Of a stretch of 64,000 nt of DNA, positions 50,275-64,000 are shown in pieces (position 1 is the stretch's first letter; the number at the start of each line of letters is the position of its first letter). Both the position numbers and the translations under genes were made by a program. The notes under the pieces were generated by a model. That model was not told the DNA's origin and made no database searches. It was given only the letters and a program-made list of their open reading frames with translations. The DNA is from Tubiluchus corallicola (Eukaryota > Animalia > Priapulida): NCBI GenBank assembly GCA_030141605.1, contig JAQGDQ010000008.1, positions 1,364,001 to 1,428,000 of the forward strand. The letters are read 5' to 3'.

Positions 50275-53200
50275 ATGAGGGATACAGAAGTGATACAGTA
50301 CACAAACATTGACACAAACTTAGGTAGGTGCAGTTTTTGTTAAGAGTTTGTTTGTTTTAGTTCTTCTTTTTCATGATAGCTGGGCACTCTGTCATGAGCA
50401 GGTCCTTATCGATTTTTGCCAAGGGATCGTGTATTCGATACGATGGATCCAAATATTAATTTAGTAGTGGTTGGCCTAATCAATTATTTTGATCACTTGC
50501 CTGCAAGTCTCTGGTATCGATTACTTTAGTAAATGAATGAATACCAAATGATTACTTTTTGTGTGTATGAATTTATAGTAATTTGAAATACAAATAAGGA
50601 AAAAGGCTTTTGAAATAACTTTTAACACTGAAATAATCGTGGATGTAAACACTAAACACTCTCAAACACAAAGTTCGCAAAGCTCCACCTTCAGACAACA
50701 ACTTAGCATGCATGTGTAGTACGCGACCTGTTACTGTGCTGTGACAAAACATAGTTAGTACTGTACTCTGTGAACCAGCGTGTCACACTGACATGATAAA
50801 CAAACAACTATGATGCAATATAAAATCATACTGCTGACTAAGCGAGGTTTTGATATCACTGGAAGGTTTTTTGTAAGTGTGACACAACAGTTTATTATAA
50901 AATCACATTTTTCTAATAGGAGCAAGAAATTCTCTTTCAGTTGCAATAATAAAGGCATTTCAATGCAGGTAATTTCAGAACTTTGCAGTAACTAAATTTC
51001 AGGATTCTTTGTAAAAAAATATGATCTTGTCTCAGTTTTTTTTTTATTATAATGCTGTAATATTCCCAAATTTGATATTGGTCGTTCCATCTCAAATGAA
51101 CCAAGGGTTTAGTTGTCACCATCTTTTGGAGCCTCACGACTGTGTTTTTTCTGAGAGCAAACTTTAAATAACTATATCTTGCTTACCAAATTAATTACAG
51201 GCCTGAAATTTACAGCATGCACTCTCTATTGGCATGTACTCATGCAGCAATTTTACGAAACTCGGATTTGGTGATCAAGACTCTTAGCTCTAAAAGTTTG
51301 AACCAAGATAAACTATAAATTGCACACTTGAAACAAACAAGTGACAAAGGATTTCACATAAAAAACTTAAACTTATAGGAGTATCCTTTAAGGGCCTAAA
51401 AGGCTGCCAAATAGGGCTGGAAACAATTAACACCATTTTTGCTAGGATTTTGCCACTCTATTGCACAAAAATTTGATCATCAATTCTGAGTTATGTAATT
51501 GCCAAATGTGTACACATAGAGAGTGTAACTGTAAATTTGGTAGTAAAGATATAACTGATTAAAATTTCCTCTGAGTGAACTGAGAGGTACAGTACCTATT
51601 TTTTATGGAATGTGTTTCCGAAATGCAGGCGCTAGTGCCCCTCTAACTAACGAATGGCAAAATGCACGTAACAGCAAAGAACTAGTGGATGGAGGAAAAA
51701 ATGTTATATATTTCATATTATATAATATAATATGAAATTGCATTTCTGAGGTAACAATTCTTTCACATAAGTCATTTTTGAAAAAATAGTATGTTTCCTT
51801 TCAAGATTTTAAAGGGTAAGTTGTTTTGACCGGGTACAGTTTAAGATTGGGTCTGGTTTGCTTTAAGTGCGTACCAATTTTTTTATTCTAGTTCTAGTGT
51901 AGTCAAACCTCGCTATAATGCCCGCCTTTATAATGCCAACCTATGATAACATCAAAACAAAATTTGAACATCGTTTATATTTGCACATACATGTATTAAT
52001 GCCTCTCGTTATAAAGCTCACAGTACTTAATGCCTGCTTTTTTGCCGTCCCAAATTAAGTGAGCAAGGTGATTTTTTTGGAATGAATAATTATAAGTGCT
52101 CATGGTTTTTTCAGGCGTTAGACTCATGGGTGGCTTCAATTCAGCAAAAGGTGTCCATTATGGAATATTCATTAAACAACTTCATGTTGGAGGATATGCA
52201 GCTCATGATGGTAAAATTCACATGACTAGTTAGTTAACAGTTTATATTACTCCTTTGGTATGTTTTTTACTAAGTGCTGCCATTTGTGGGATTTGCTTTT
52301 GCTTTCTTCAATGATGAACTCAGTAATTTCATGATATTCTTGTGCTAACTGGTTGTGTTATCTGGAAAGTTTTTTATTGTCCATTATGCATTATCCAAAA
52401 AAGTCTTAACTATTAAAGAAAAATGTTATTTTAGCAGTATGACTAACAGCTTTCTTTGGAATGTCTTGGTAATAGTCAACTTTATAAAATGAAATATGAG
52501 CAATTAAAGTGCCAAGTTCATGTCAGAGGTACTCGTGTCAATAAGAAACCGGTTTTTGTGTAACTTGCTTACATATTTGGCATTGTGTTCACTTAGCTGT
52601 TAGCAAAAGTAATAGGTAATTTACTAGACATTAAAGGACAGAAAATACTGTTCATAAACAAAGCCCAAATAATTTGTCTCGAAATTTTATATGGTAGTAG
52701 TAGTAGTAGTAGTAAATCTCCAGTAGTTATAATATAACTTTTGAGACAAATAGTTCTTCGACTGTAATTATGACAAATTGCACATACAATAGATTGTCAT
52801 CAACACCTAGGTGACTCCACTGGCAAGTGATCTCACTATAATATGTAATCCAGCATCCTTGTTATAGGCATGTTCCAATTAACACGGTGATTAAATTTCA
52901 ATGGATGATGTTCATAGTGTCTATCTAATTTTGATTTAAATGAATTTACAGATGTTGCTGTTCTCACATCACTGGGCAACCTATTCCAGATTTCTGGCAT
53001 CGTATAAGAAAAGTAGTCGTATTTACCAGTTTTGTGTGTAGTTCTTGATTTATGAAGAGTAGGACCTGATCTTGCTGTGCGATGTACTTCTAATTTAACA
53101 GGACAATCATCACAGATATAAACTCCAGATACATATTTGTATACATCAATTAGTTGGCCACGTAAACGTCTAAAGGCTAATGTAGTTAAACCTATTCGTT

Positions 53201-56200
53201 TTAACTGACTTTCATACGACAAGTTCATTAGTTTCGGTAACATATTGAAAGCTCTCATTTGGACAGTTTCGACTGGGTCCACTATATACGCTCTAGGACT
53301 ATTCCAAATACTACTTCCATTCTCCACTTTTGATCGCACAAGTGCCACATATAGAAGCTTAAAAGTTTGCAGATCTAGGTACTTGAAATTCCTCCTTATT
53401 AAAGCATTGTTTCGTTTGGCATTCTTTATGATTTCTGCTATGTGATCTTTAAAATTTAGTTTATTATCAAGTAATAATCCAAGGTCTTTCTCACAAGCAC
53501 CAAAGTCCAATTCTGCTGGAATGCCACTTGCATCATACATTTTGTATTTATACTCATATCCTGCTCCCACAGATACAACCTTACACTTGCTGGGATGGAA
53601 CTGCATACCATTTTCAACTGCCCAATCACAGAGCCCTTCTAGATCCAATTGAAGATCATTACAGCTGGTAAAAGAATCAGATTCAGACCAGATTTTGCTG
53701 TCATCAGCAAAAAGACGAATAGAATTTCTCACACAACTAGGCAAATCATTTATAAATACCACAAAGAAACACGGACCTAATACCGAACCTTGCGGTACAC
53801 CACTAGTAATCAAGGACTCAGTCGATTTGTAACCATCAACACACGTACATTGTCTTCTATTTTCTAAGAAGTTTACTATCCACTGTAAAACTGGACCAGT
53901 TATACCACAATTTTTAAGTTTTGTGAACAGAAAGTGATGAGGTACAACATCAAATGCCTTTTTCAGGTCCAGTAATATTATATCAAAAGGCTTATTAGCA
54001 TCTTTTAACTCAAACCATACATAGTAACATTGCAACAGTTGGGTAACCGTTGTTTTACCCTTAACAAACCCATGTTGTTCCTCACAAATAATGTTGTATC
54101 TTATCAGATGGTTCATTATATGCTTCCGCATGATTTTTTCTGTCACTTTATTAATTGTATTTAGTAAGCTAACTGGCCTGTAGTTCGATGGATCTGACTG
54201 ATTTTTTATGAATAGGAGTAACCTGTGCCACCTTCCATTGTCCAGGTAACTGACAATCAGCAAAAGACCTATCCAGTAAGGTGTATATAGGCTTAAAAAG
54301 CACAGTTCTACATTCATTTAAAATACGTGGATGGTAACTATCTGGAGCAGATTTGTTTACATTGAGATTTTGTAACTCAAAAAGCACCTCTTCTTCAGTT
54401 ATGGAAACATTGCTGATATCAGGATATTGTTGCACTGTAGTTACTCCATAGTCAGAAGCATTGGGACTAAATACACTAATGAAAAAATCGTTCAAAATTT
54501 GTGCCTTCCCCTCTGAATCAGAGACAAGATTACCTTGGGAATTCTTCAGCGAATGAATTCTAGGCTTTGGCTTCCGAAGTGAATTGATATACTGCCAGAA
54601 TGCCTTAGGATTACTCGCTAAATTACGTTCATATCTTTTTCTCGCAGTAGTTATAAGGTTTTTCACCACATTACGCCTTGCAGCATACCGTTCATAAGAA
54701 AGTTTTGTTCTTCGTCTCTTCCAGTCAAAAAACAACTTTTCTTTCTCCTTAATACAGTCAAGCAACTGCTTAGTTAACCAAGAAGGCCGAGGTCGACTAC
54801 TCTTACTGCAAGAACTTGGATAGAAACTAGGCACATATTCATCAACAACTGACATGTACACATTATGAAATTTTGTCCACATATCATCAAGAGTAAGATT
54901 ACTATTTAAAACATTAATCCAATCAACTTGGCTAAATGCATTACACATACTGCTGAAATTAACTTTGTTTAAACACATCTTCTTCTGGGGTAGAATTTTG
55001 ACTGGCAATACATTTACATTCAAACTAAAATGCAAACACACATGGTCACTATTACCTAATGGTGAACTAGATCTCAAATATTTTACCAAATCATCTTGCT
55101 CAGTAAAAACTAGATCAAGTAAAGATGGTTCATTGCCAATGCGATAGCGTGTTGCAAATTTCACGTGTTGATATAACAAGTTCAACTCAAAGCATTCTAA
55201 AAACTCATTTTCAACAGCATTATTGGAGAACTCCAATTGCCAATCAATTCCTGATAAATTAAAGTCACCCAGAATACAGATATTTGATTTGTGAGATTCA
55301 CACAGATATGAAATCAGTTTAATAAGATTAGCATTATCACTGATTGTTGATAATGGACTTCTGTATATCAAGAGAATACATAAACTTTGATTCTCTTGAA
55401 GTTTAATTTTTACACATACTGCACATTTAAAATATTTACAATGTAATTCAAAAAAGTCAATACTCTGATGAACGTATATAACTACACCACGGCCACAAGA
55501 GTTATAAATCGGTATATTATAACCCGGGATTGTTAGCTCAGTTTTGTCTATGCAATTTTCACCAGATTTAGAGTTCACTTCCGTAATTGCAACTACATGA
55601 TAAAGTGTAGAATCCTGAAATAATTTTGTAATTAATTCCTGTCTCTTGTTGAAGAATTGATCTGCATTAGTATACAAAACATTAATGTTTTTCCCAGAAT
55701 AAGTCTTAACTTTATTCCATGAGTTACAATATCTCTTCGGATGCTGTTTACTGCAACCTATTTCTTTTTCCATTCGTAGACAACTCTTCTGGCGTAATTG
55801 ATGCTCCAGTTTTTTGACGGCTCACAGGAGGTGGCGTAAAATATATATCCTACATGCTGTCTTATTGCATATAGGGTTTGCACTAGGATTAACACTGTAT
55901 AAAATTTGTAAATTTGAACTCCCGCAATATCCGTTAGGTGCAGCCGTTATGATTGTAAGTTCCGAAAAACATTCAAAACACACTCTTCGCTAAACAATCA
56001 AAATTTTAAATATGCCAAGTAATATAACTTTGTGTGAAAAGTTTTTTGGGATATACTTTAGAATTTCCTTTTCTTCCTCTTTAAACATTAATTCTTATAA
56101 GCTTGCAAACTACATAGTTTTATTATATAAATATTCTTGTGTATTAGTAAACTGTTTAATGCTAAATTTTGACTAGTAAATCTTGTCCATAATTTGCAGT

Positions 56201-59200
56201 TTATACTACTGTAACAGTTGTAATAATTGAATAATACGTCATGTGTCACACGATGTTTAGGCAGACTTTGTGAAGCTGATCAGATCCTATCGATAAATGA
56301 TGAAGATTTGGAAACTGCAAGTTACGACCATGCCGTGAGAGCACTTAGGGAAGCTACTGCTAAAAATCATATCAGCATGGTCGTCACAAGAGATGATCAA
56401 GCTAGGTATGTGAGATAAATCCATTATGTGAGAGGCTCCACTAATTCACAGTGAATTGGAATTCGCAGTTTACTAAGAATATATTGGAATAAATTCCGCA
56501 TCGATCAAAGAAGTTTTATTTTCCATTTATCATTTTGAATTCAAGATGGCAGTCTTTTGATCTGTCTAAGGCTACACCAATTCACAGTATGTGTAGTGAA
56601 GCCTCACTAGAATATACTAGAATGAGAACAAATTCTGCATTGATTGGCAGAGTTGGATTTTTGATTTGCCATATTAAATGCAAGATTGTGGTATTGACAT
56701 TATATCTAATCCACAATATTGAGTTCAGGTTTTTTTAAACAGATGCTTCAATCTCATATTTGTTCAATAAAAAGACTGTAGGCTAGAAATTATTGTATAC
56801 TGTTTAATAATACAATCGTTACTAAATAATACTACAAAGTATTTAGTGAATAAGTGCATAAATGGGCTGCTGTTCTCCAGCATCTACAACTTTCTTAATT
56901 AGTTAGCTAAAATACTATACATTAAGTTTTCTCTCTACTTTTGTTTTCTGAATCATTCTAAATTAAACTTCAAGACCATCAGTAATAATGTGCTGTATGT
57001 AAAATATTTTCGTTTTTTTCAGCAATACAAGCACTGTGTTTTAGCTGTACCAATTTTCCCTTTTAGCCTTTTTGTTTCACAGTTTCGGGTACAGAAAAGC
57101 ATAAACAATAAGTCATGAATCAGATTATTTACATATTTTGTTTTTTGGCCTTGCAAACTTAACCTGAATTGAGAAATATACATGTGCTGTTAACTAGCTA
57201 GCATTATTTTGACAGGCTTTCAACAGTTTGGTTAATTGTTTTATTACATAATGTCGATCTCACCTGTTACAGCAAATTAACATATGAAATTCCTGTTGCT
57301 GCTAGATTGCTCATTAGTAACACTTATTACAATAAAATTGACTCTTAATTTACAGGTACAATTTAGTCTTTGCATGTAAGATGTCCTGTGAAAATAGTAC
57401 GGTACTAAAACTTCTAACTAGTCGTTTATTTTTAGGGAAGAGTTTTTAGAGTTATGTGAAAACCTGAGGGATTGCACTTCTTTATCTGATGGCTATAGTT
57501 CTGGCGGATCATTCGTCAGTGAAATAATAGGTTTGTATGAGCATTAATTCGAATTGAGTATTGACATTATTGCGTCGACGGCTCGCTCAGCCCTTATTCT
57601 CAGTCGCATCTATCTGTGTTTTCTCACTATTTCTCCTAGAAAGTGAATCTGACTTCAACCAACCATGCACAGTTGGTGAGGTCTGAGCTTTCGTTGTGCA
57701 GGGAAAAATTTGGTTAATGTATTCACGACAGAATTGTCTAAAATACGTCAAAGCCAAAGTGTGGAATTTTGTAATATGATCATATGTAATATTATCTTAT
57801 TATTACTTCAGTTATGTTCGAGACTGTCCTCGCTATTTGTCTGAGACTTCTGATCCAATTCCAACTGCATTTATGCAGTATGTTGTGTCCCAGCTGCAGT
57901 AAAAATTTTGGTTGCCATGTCGACAATACTTGCTTAGCAACGGCAAAAACCTTCTAAAATTGGTACTTTTTTGGCTTCATATTCTAAACTCCAAAACTAT
58001 CTAACGGATGTTGAAGTATCTGAAAGGTGTCAGAGTCAAAATTTAGAATTTTATAATGTAACCACTGTTATGGTGTCATCGTTGCTTATAGACCGAGCGG
58101 ACTTATCCAAGCCATCAAACCACTGTCACCAAACCGGCTTGTTTTTACAATTTTTGTTGTCAAAATGGTTTATGCAGATTTTATTTTCATGAAATTACAA
58201 GCTATCAACAAATTATAAAATAAAAATAACGATTAGACTTACACCCGCATCTAGAAAATATGTTAGTTGTATTGGTGCATTTGATGTTTTTTAGAAGCGC
58301 CAGTAAGCACATTGAACCACGAAGCTCGGTCGTCAACACCTCCATCTCAACATCATTCGAGTCCTGGAACATCTAGTCTTGGAGATGCTTGCGAACTACC
58401 ATCAGTATTAACTGAAAAGTAGGTGATGCTTTAGTGAAGTTTTAGCAACTTAGTATAATAGTTGCAAAAGACATGGCACAAGGTTAAGATACTGTTTCAT
58501 ATTAATTGGTTACATAGTGCTGTTTTTTGACATATTAAGTAAATTAATTATTTTTACACAGGGAATTTGTAGCCATGACAAAAAAAGCTGATTTAAAAAA
58601 CACTTCTAGTCAAATAATGTACCAGCATAACGATGCCTGTGCTCAGACAATTGCTGCTCGATTGATGAATTCCTCCGTGCAGACCGATTCCACTGGAAAT
58701 GATGGACTTTCCTCTAATTTTTTTGATCGGCTGTCACAGGATCATACTTCAAGCATACTTCATACTTCCAATACATACCCAATTGATGAACTGGGCCACA
58801 GTGAATTTCACAATGAGACTAGTAAATGGACAAGTTCAGATCATATAGCTGTTCCGTTGATAAATGAAGCTGCCATAGTGAGACAAATGGGGTCTTTACG
58901 GTTTTCTGATTTTTTCAACGAAGAACAATTGCCCGTTAATAATGATCGCTTTGACGATTCGTTAAAGGGTAGTGGTTTTCTTCATAACAACGTGCTGTCA
59001 TCTAGTGCAACAAATAGTGCCTATAAGAAAGATATAACTGTGGCTAGTATAAATAAATCACGTGATTTAGCCGAAACTGGTGATACATTAGATTTTGCAA
59101 GCATTGGTGAACATGATGAATGTAGACCTCATACTACTGCCAAGTATCATTTGGTACCAACTCTTGCGTCGACACCTACTTCTGCTCTTCACAAACTCAG

Positions 59201-62200
59201 AAGTGAAGGTAAGCTGGTTTATTATTGGTAGTGATAGTCATGATGACAGTTTTTTTAGTTTTTGAATGCAAATATATAAATAGTGAAAGTGTTAATATAT
59301 TATACAGTAGTGATGGTAGTTTTATTGGTCCGTATTAAACAAACATTTGTATAATGATTTGCTTCATGTATTAGCATTATTGCTTGTTTATGTCAGAATT
59401 AAGGTCTATCCATGTTGAGCGTAGCTCATAAGTTAATTTCTTCTGCTAGGCTCATAGCACTGCAATTCATTGTTAATTCTGTAATATTTTGTATAATTAT
59501 TGTAATGTGCTAAATGGATAAATAAATAAATCCAAAGTCTAAAATTTAATAATATGATCATAACTGATGATTAGTTGACAGTCAAGGAAAAAACTGACCA
59601 ATTTAATTACTTATCTGCATATCCAGTTACCCATTAGGGGTGAGCATCGAATGTTTGAGTTCGATTGTTCGAATTTGATTCGAACCTAAAATTATAGATT
59701 CGAATAATTCAGCACTTCAGCCACGTATGTTCTTTAACATTAAAATGTTTGAAACAGTTATGCAATTAGCCCAATTGACCTGTAGTTTCTATGCAAAATT
59801 TTTAACAAAGTAATAGTGGTTTTACTGGAGAACAAAATCAAGTAATATGCATGATCTTTGTAAGACCTTTTTTACTACTGGTTCGAAAAACTTGTTCGAA
59901 AATCTTTCAAACTCAATTCGAATTCAATTCGGATGCAAAATACTGAAATTCGGTTCCATTCAAATTCGAATGTCACAAATTCGATTCAATTCGAATTTGC
60001 TTTCTGGTCGAGAATGCTCACTCCTAATATCCATACATTTGCATGAATTTTTTTGTGTAACATTGGTTATTGAATTTCTTGTCTAGCGACCAACCAAGTG
60101 AGTAGCGATCTGAATACACAGAGCATTTCCTTTGAACCATCTCCTGTGAAAGCTGATAGTACATTACTTGCATCTGTACATTCTGCCCAAATTATTGCTA
60201 ACATAGACAAACATTTAGGAGAGCCTAGCACTATTCAAGATGAAACTCTCAAAAGCATGTATGTATCACATTTTTCAATATTATTACCTTGCTATTGTAG
60301 TAAGTTCTCGCTTAATGACTCCCTGTTTAGTGACGTTTCGTTTTAACGACGCTGAACATTTGACACCTCCTTTTCTCTTAATGACGCATTGTTACATTTT
60401 AGCGACGTTTTTTACTTTGCGCTAAATAATTTTTTATTTTATCAACAACTTTTTTACTTAATTTGATGTATTAAAACTGTATACACTGCATTATTCTGTT
60501 CTAAAAACGCACTAGTAACCTAAACAGTGCAATTATTATTCAAGTACAGTATACGTTTTTGCTTCCTGACTGACCACTATGTGCTAGCTGTTTGGCATTT
60601 GTATCAAGTGAGATCTGGCTGCAAACTTTATGCAGCCTAGAAAAACAGACTAGATAAAATTCCCAAGATCGACTATCACTTGGCTTTGACTCTGCTGCAG
60701 GGACGGCAGTGTTTCTTGTTTAACCGCTGCCTACACTTAAATGTTAATGAAACAAAAGCTGCTAACTAGTTTAGTAAGATATATAGATGGTTTCAAGCAA
60801 ACAGAAAGAAATTAATCAGTAGAAACATGAATAAAACTTATAAAACCTTTAATAGGATTTAAGCAGCGTTGATTTTTGCCTTTGGAACATATCTCAGATC
60901 TTTTACATTACTTTCTATTGAAGTCTTGGCTTCGTTTAATGACGTTTCGCTTAACGTCACATTTTGCTGGAACGCATTAGCATCGTTAAGAGAGGACTTG
61001 CTGTTTTATTATAAGACAGTTAAAATGATACTTGTAGGATTTGTGTGATTTAAAAGTAGAATCTTTCATTTCGAAGTTTTCCTTGTTTTTAGATCACAAG
61101 AGGCGAGCAGTAGTAGTAAAAATACTTGCACTGCAAATGGTACATCATTTCCTAGTGCTAAACGAGTTCATCAGTTTCCCCAAAACAACTGGAATTCTAA
61201 AGCAATACCCATTGCCGATAAACAGCTTGAACCAGACTCTGAACTGAATTCATTATTGCATTTGTTTGACTCTAAAACATTGTTGGACGATGACATTTTA
61301 GACACGATTGATGCTGCTGGTCCATTAAATTTATCGCAGAGATCTAATAATCTGTTATCTGCAGGTGTGAACAAAGGTGCAAATACTAATAAGTTAAATG
61401 AGCGCACTACTGATAATACCTTGAAGCCACAATTATTGTTAACAGTGCCTAGCCAAAAGTCACAAACAGCGGAAAAGGTTGAACATCATGACATCCGCCA
61501 TCCAGCATTATATCCACGACTTGCAAATAAGACATTTGCGGATTACTTTGCTGAAGATTTTAGCTTGCCAGCTCATATCAGACACGTGACAGAGTATGAA
61601 AATGCTCATACATACGACTTTGCTGATATTAGCGGATTAAGTCAACCATCCATTTTGGTTCCAAGCAAGAGTGCGCATGCTTTAAGCCGTACTTACGACA
61701 CTGTCTTTCAAACTCCACACATTGCTGATGAGACTGATCACACATATGACACGGTGCGTACTTCAATCAATACAGGAACGTCTCCATTCCACAAGCAGTT
61801 GTCATTTACTAAGAAGAAAAATTGGAAGTCGAAGTTTACCATCAATGAGAACTCTCGTATTAAAGTGTCTAAGCTAGAAAAGGTGAGGTGCATATGTTAG
61901 TTTGTCAGGTAATACCTCTGCAAGCAATTACATTGATTAACAGATGGCGTTCTTTGAAAAGGATGCTTTGTCTTCCCGTACTTTTTGTGCAAATGCTAAA
62001 TGGTCCTGGCAGCCGTTAAATGTTGCCTAGAAAAATGCCAATAATTGTTTCAGTGAGATTCTTTAGTTTACATTAATTGTTTCTTTTTATAATAAAGGCT
62101 TTAAAGTATCTTGGCCTTCACCCAACAGCAGACAAAAGAAAAGAATTGAATGAAAAACTTGTTGCCGATAAAGATGGCTGCATGAGATATGGAGGTAATT

Positions 62201-63182
62201 GTATTTTGTAAATGTCTTTGTTTATTAACTGCTGTATTAACTTTTAGTGCATTTTTCCTATGTGAAAAACAAGTAGCTTATAAATGATTGTAGGAGTGTT
62301 TATAATAAGTTACTGTCATTACCTTCCAATGTTTGCATACAGCAGAGTTTTCAATATGTTTTGGTTTCTGACTTTAAGTTATGGTATTTGTTATTATCAT
62401 TATTTGCAGATGATTTAATTGAGCATTTTGCTCCTGTCGTTTTAATTAGTTTTTGTTTATGCAGATTTCGTAGCCGTAGTAAAAGATGTTTTTCACGAAG
62501 ACTTGTGCTTCACTGCTCTCGACAATCTGTCCCTGTTTTCATCAGCTGCATCAAGTCATATTGTACAGCCTGATGCAACATATGCCTCTATTCAGGTACA
62601 GTATATACTTTTGCATTTTTGTTTGATATGTCTTGTAGTTAAACATCTGTTTATAGGAAAACTGCAGCCAATCTTAAATTATAGGTTAAAACAATAGGGA
62701 ACATACTATTTTTTTAAGAATGACTTACATTTAAGTATATCACATTAAATGTTGTATAGTAGCACTGCACCCCAATTTTCACTTTCACAAAGACATGCAA
62801 CACACATGGAATGTTTGTGCAGTTGAAAATTATGTTCATTTGCGATATCATCGCTAGTTGGGCTCGCCCTCCGCTAATTAAGTTTTTAATCTACTATTTA
62901 ATTATCAGAAATGCTTTAACTTTATCATAGGTCTTAAAATGTATTCTTCTTACGGTACTTCAAAATTGGGTAGGATATAAAAAATCGTTCTGTTTTCCTT
63001 TAACCTTGATTTTATATTTGAATTTGTTTCAGCAACCAGCAATGGTAAAAAGAGCTGATTACACAAAATTGCTAAGTAGCTATGAAGAAGCTATTAGAGA
63101 AATAGCAGAATTGAAAAAACAATTAAAAGAAAAAGAAGCAGCGTGTCTCCTGGCAGAACAAGAAAGATTGTGTATCACAACG
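50275..63182 (+). CDS. STXBP4: Syntaxin-binding protein 4 (Synip)-like; exons 50275-50323, 52115-52210, 56261-56405, 57436-57530, 58295-58418, 58562-59208, 60087-60258, 61093-61882, 62098-62194, 62465-62595, 63033-63182; continues past the window
   Basis: Spliced N-terminal PDZ: MRDTEVIQYTNIDTNLGVRLMGG...YGIFIKQLHVGGYAAHDGRLCEADQILSIND...AVRALR. STXBP4-type segment IKVSKLEKALKYLGLHPT...ADKDGCMRYGDFVAVVKDVF, then a coiled-coil exon. All junctions are GT-AG and phase-consistent with no stops. Confidence 0.82.
51578..51866. mobile_element. MITE family B, partial copy
   Basis: Matches 37450-37682 (GAAATGCAGGCGCT...TTAAGATTGGGTC...CTTTAA). Confidence 0.7.
52694..55845 (-). mobile_element. 5'-truncated CR1-clade LINE, antisense in intron 2 of the STXBP4-like gene
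   Basis: ORF2 55773-52836 with one frameshift at about 54200. APE: LYTNA, ITE, IYRSP, GDFN, LDLVF, SDH. RT: NYRPVSL, QHGF, LDLKKAFDVVPH, SGVPQGSVLGP, LFADD. CR1 C-terminal motif TLAFRRLRGQLIDVYK. (ACT)n tail at 52694-52713. Confidence 0.93.
59635..60026. mobile_element. hAT-type MITE
   Basis: TIRs TAGGGGTGAGCAT and ATGCTCACTCCTA. Degenerate 8-bp TSD TTACCCAT versus ATATCCAT. Clustered subterminal TTCGAA/TTCGAT repeats. Confidence 0.75.
60298..61003. mobile_element. Tigger/pogo-like MITE family A, copy 3 (inverted)
   Basis: Reverse-complement homologue of 39681-40320, with ends TAGTAAGTTCTCGCTTAA...TTAAGAGAGGACTTGCTG. Confidence 0.82.
62790..63003. mobile_element. MITE family B, partial inverted copy
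   Basis: Matches the end of family B (TTTTTAATCTA.TATTTAATTATCAGAAATGCTTT...CTGTTTTCCTTTAA). Confidence 0.68.
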
Positions 63183-63249
63183 GTACGTAATTATGTATGT
63201 TAGTTGTGCTTTCTACTGCATTAACTATTTGTATGCCACAATTAAAGTA

Positions 63250-63556
63250 CAAGTAATCATCGATTTACGATCGCAATCGGTCCTGGCAAATTGCTCGTAA
63301 GACGAATTGGAAGTGAGTCGTACTCGTATAATCAGCGGTGCACCCTTATTCCCAAGACATGTGTATGCATATTAAGTATGGCTGCACCTACAGTGACTTT
63401 GTCGAAACGAATAGCATTTTAAAGTTAATTTTTTTAAGAAAAGTAGAACAAAATATGAGTTATAGTTGATTTTGTATAATTAATTAATTAAGTTGTGATC
63501 AGGTCGTAAAGTCAAACAGTCGTAAGTTACGTAGGTCGTAAGTCGACAACTACCTG
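63250..63556. mobile_element. Tigger/pogo-like MITE
   Basis: TA|CAAGTAATCATCGATTTACGA...TCGTAAGTCGACAACTACCTG: imperfect TIRs with subterminal TCGTAA repeats. Confidence 0.6.
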
Positions 63557-64000
63557 TTTATTTACATAGATTGGTGCGTGAAACATTTTTTTCTGCTTGA
63601 TTACAGTCTAGCTTATAGACCTGTGTAAGTATATACTTGCACCTGTGTTGGCTGTTTTCAAAATTATAGTGTTTTCACATTTACATAATATAAAACGGTG
63701 TTTTAGATTGAAATTAATCGGAGGTTTATTTATCTGACTTACCTTTACATATAACATGGCTTCATTTTTGCTCCTGCTAATTTGTCATATTTGCACCGAA
63801 ACTAATTTATTGAGAAGTTGAGTTGCTGCATGCAAATTAAAGAGGTAAAGTAGACTTTTACTAACATGTGGCATATGATGGTGAATTTTATTTTGTTGTA
63901 CCTGTTGTTTGGCATTTTGTTGAAATTTGATTCCTTGTCGTTCTTATTCTTTGCTTTAAATCTTTTATTCTCAGCTAGTGTGCAATACTAGCTTTTACTC

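Noticed and set aside
54169-54317. Programmed ribosomal frameshift between the CR1 ORFs
   Set aside because: CR1 ORF2 is normally one frame. The break lies in the conserved PIHKKG..NYRP motif, so it is a mutation or sequencing error.

Overview
AT-rich metazoan (invertebrate-type) genomic DNA with spliceosomal introns, not prokaryotic. Host genes were reconstructed by reading GT-AG junctions and exon phases: (1) the 3' part of an MFSD6-like MFS transporter (+, 1-2172); (2) a decayed GALNT10-like polypeptide GalNAc-transferase fragment (+, 11476-15570), interleaved with a decayed antisense gene encoding a secreted cystine-knot (PDGF/VEGF-like) protein (-, 13248-15934); (3) a 9-exon TNF-receptor-superfamily gene with no death domain and several TRAF-binding motifs (-, 36011-46352); (4) a divergently oriented STXBP4/Synip-like PDZ, EF-hand-like, coiled-coil gene (+, 50275 to beyond the window end). 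Mobile DNA is abundant. It includes a full-length, GC-rich LOA/R1-type LINE (APE-RT-RNase H, 16290-22168) whose 5' end is a complete HDV-like self-cleaving ribozyme, an intronic CR1 LINE, a Merlin transposase relic with its 713-bp deletion derivative (9-bp TSD), hAT-, Tigger/pogo-, Kolobok- and Harbinger-type MITEs, a tRNA-derived SINE, and three minisatellites. There is no CRISPR array, rRNA or convincing tRNA. I see no demonstrably new biological system. The best leads are the interleaved GALNT/cystine-knot gene pair, the ribozyme and the TRAF-motif-rich TNFR. Family assignments come from motif recognition, not database searches.
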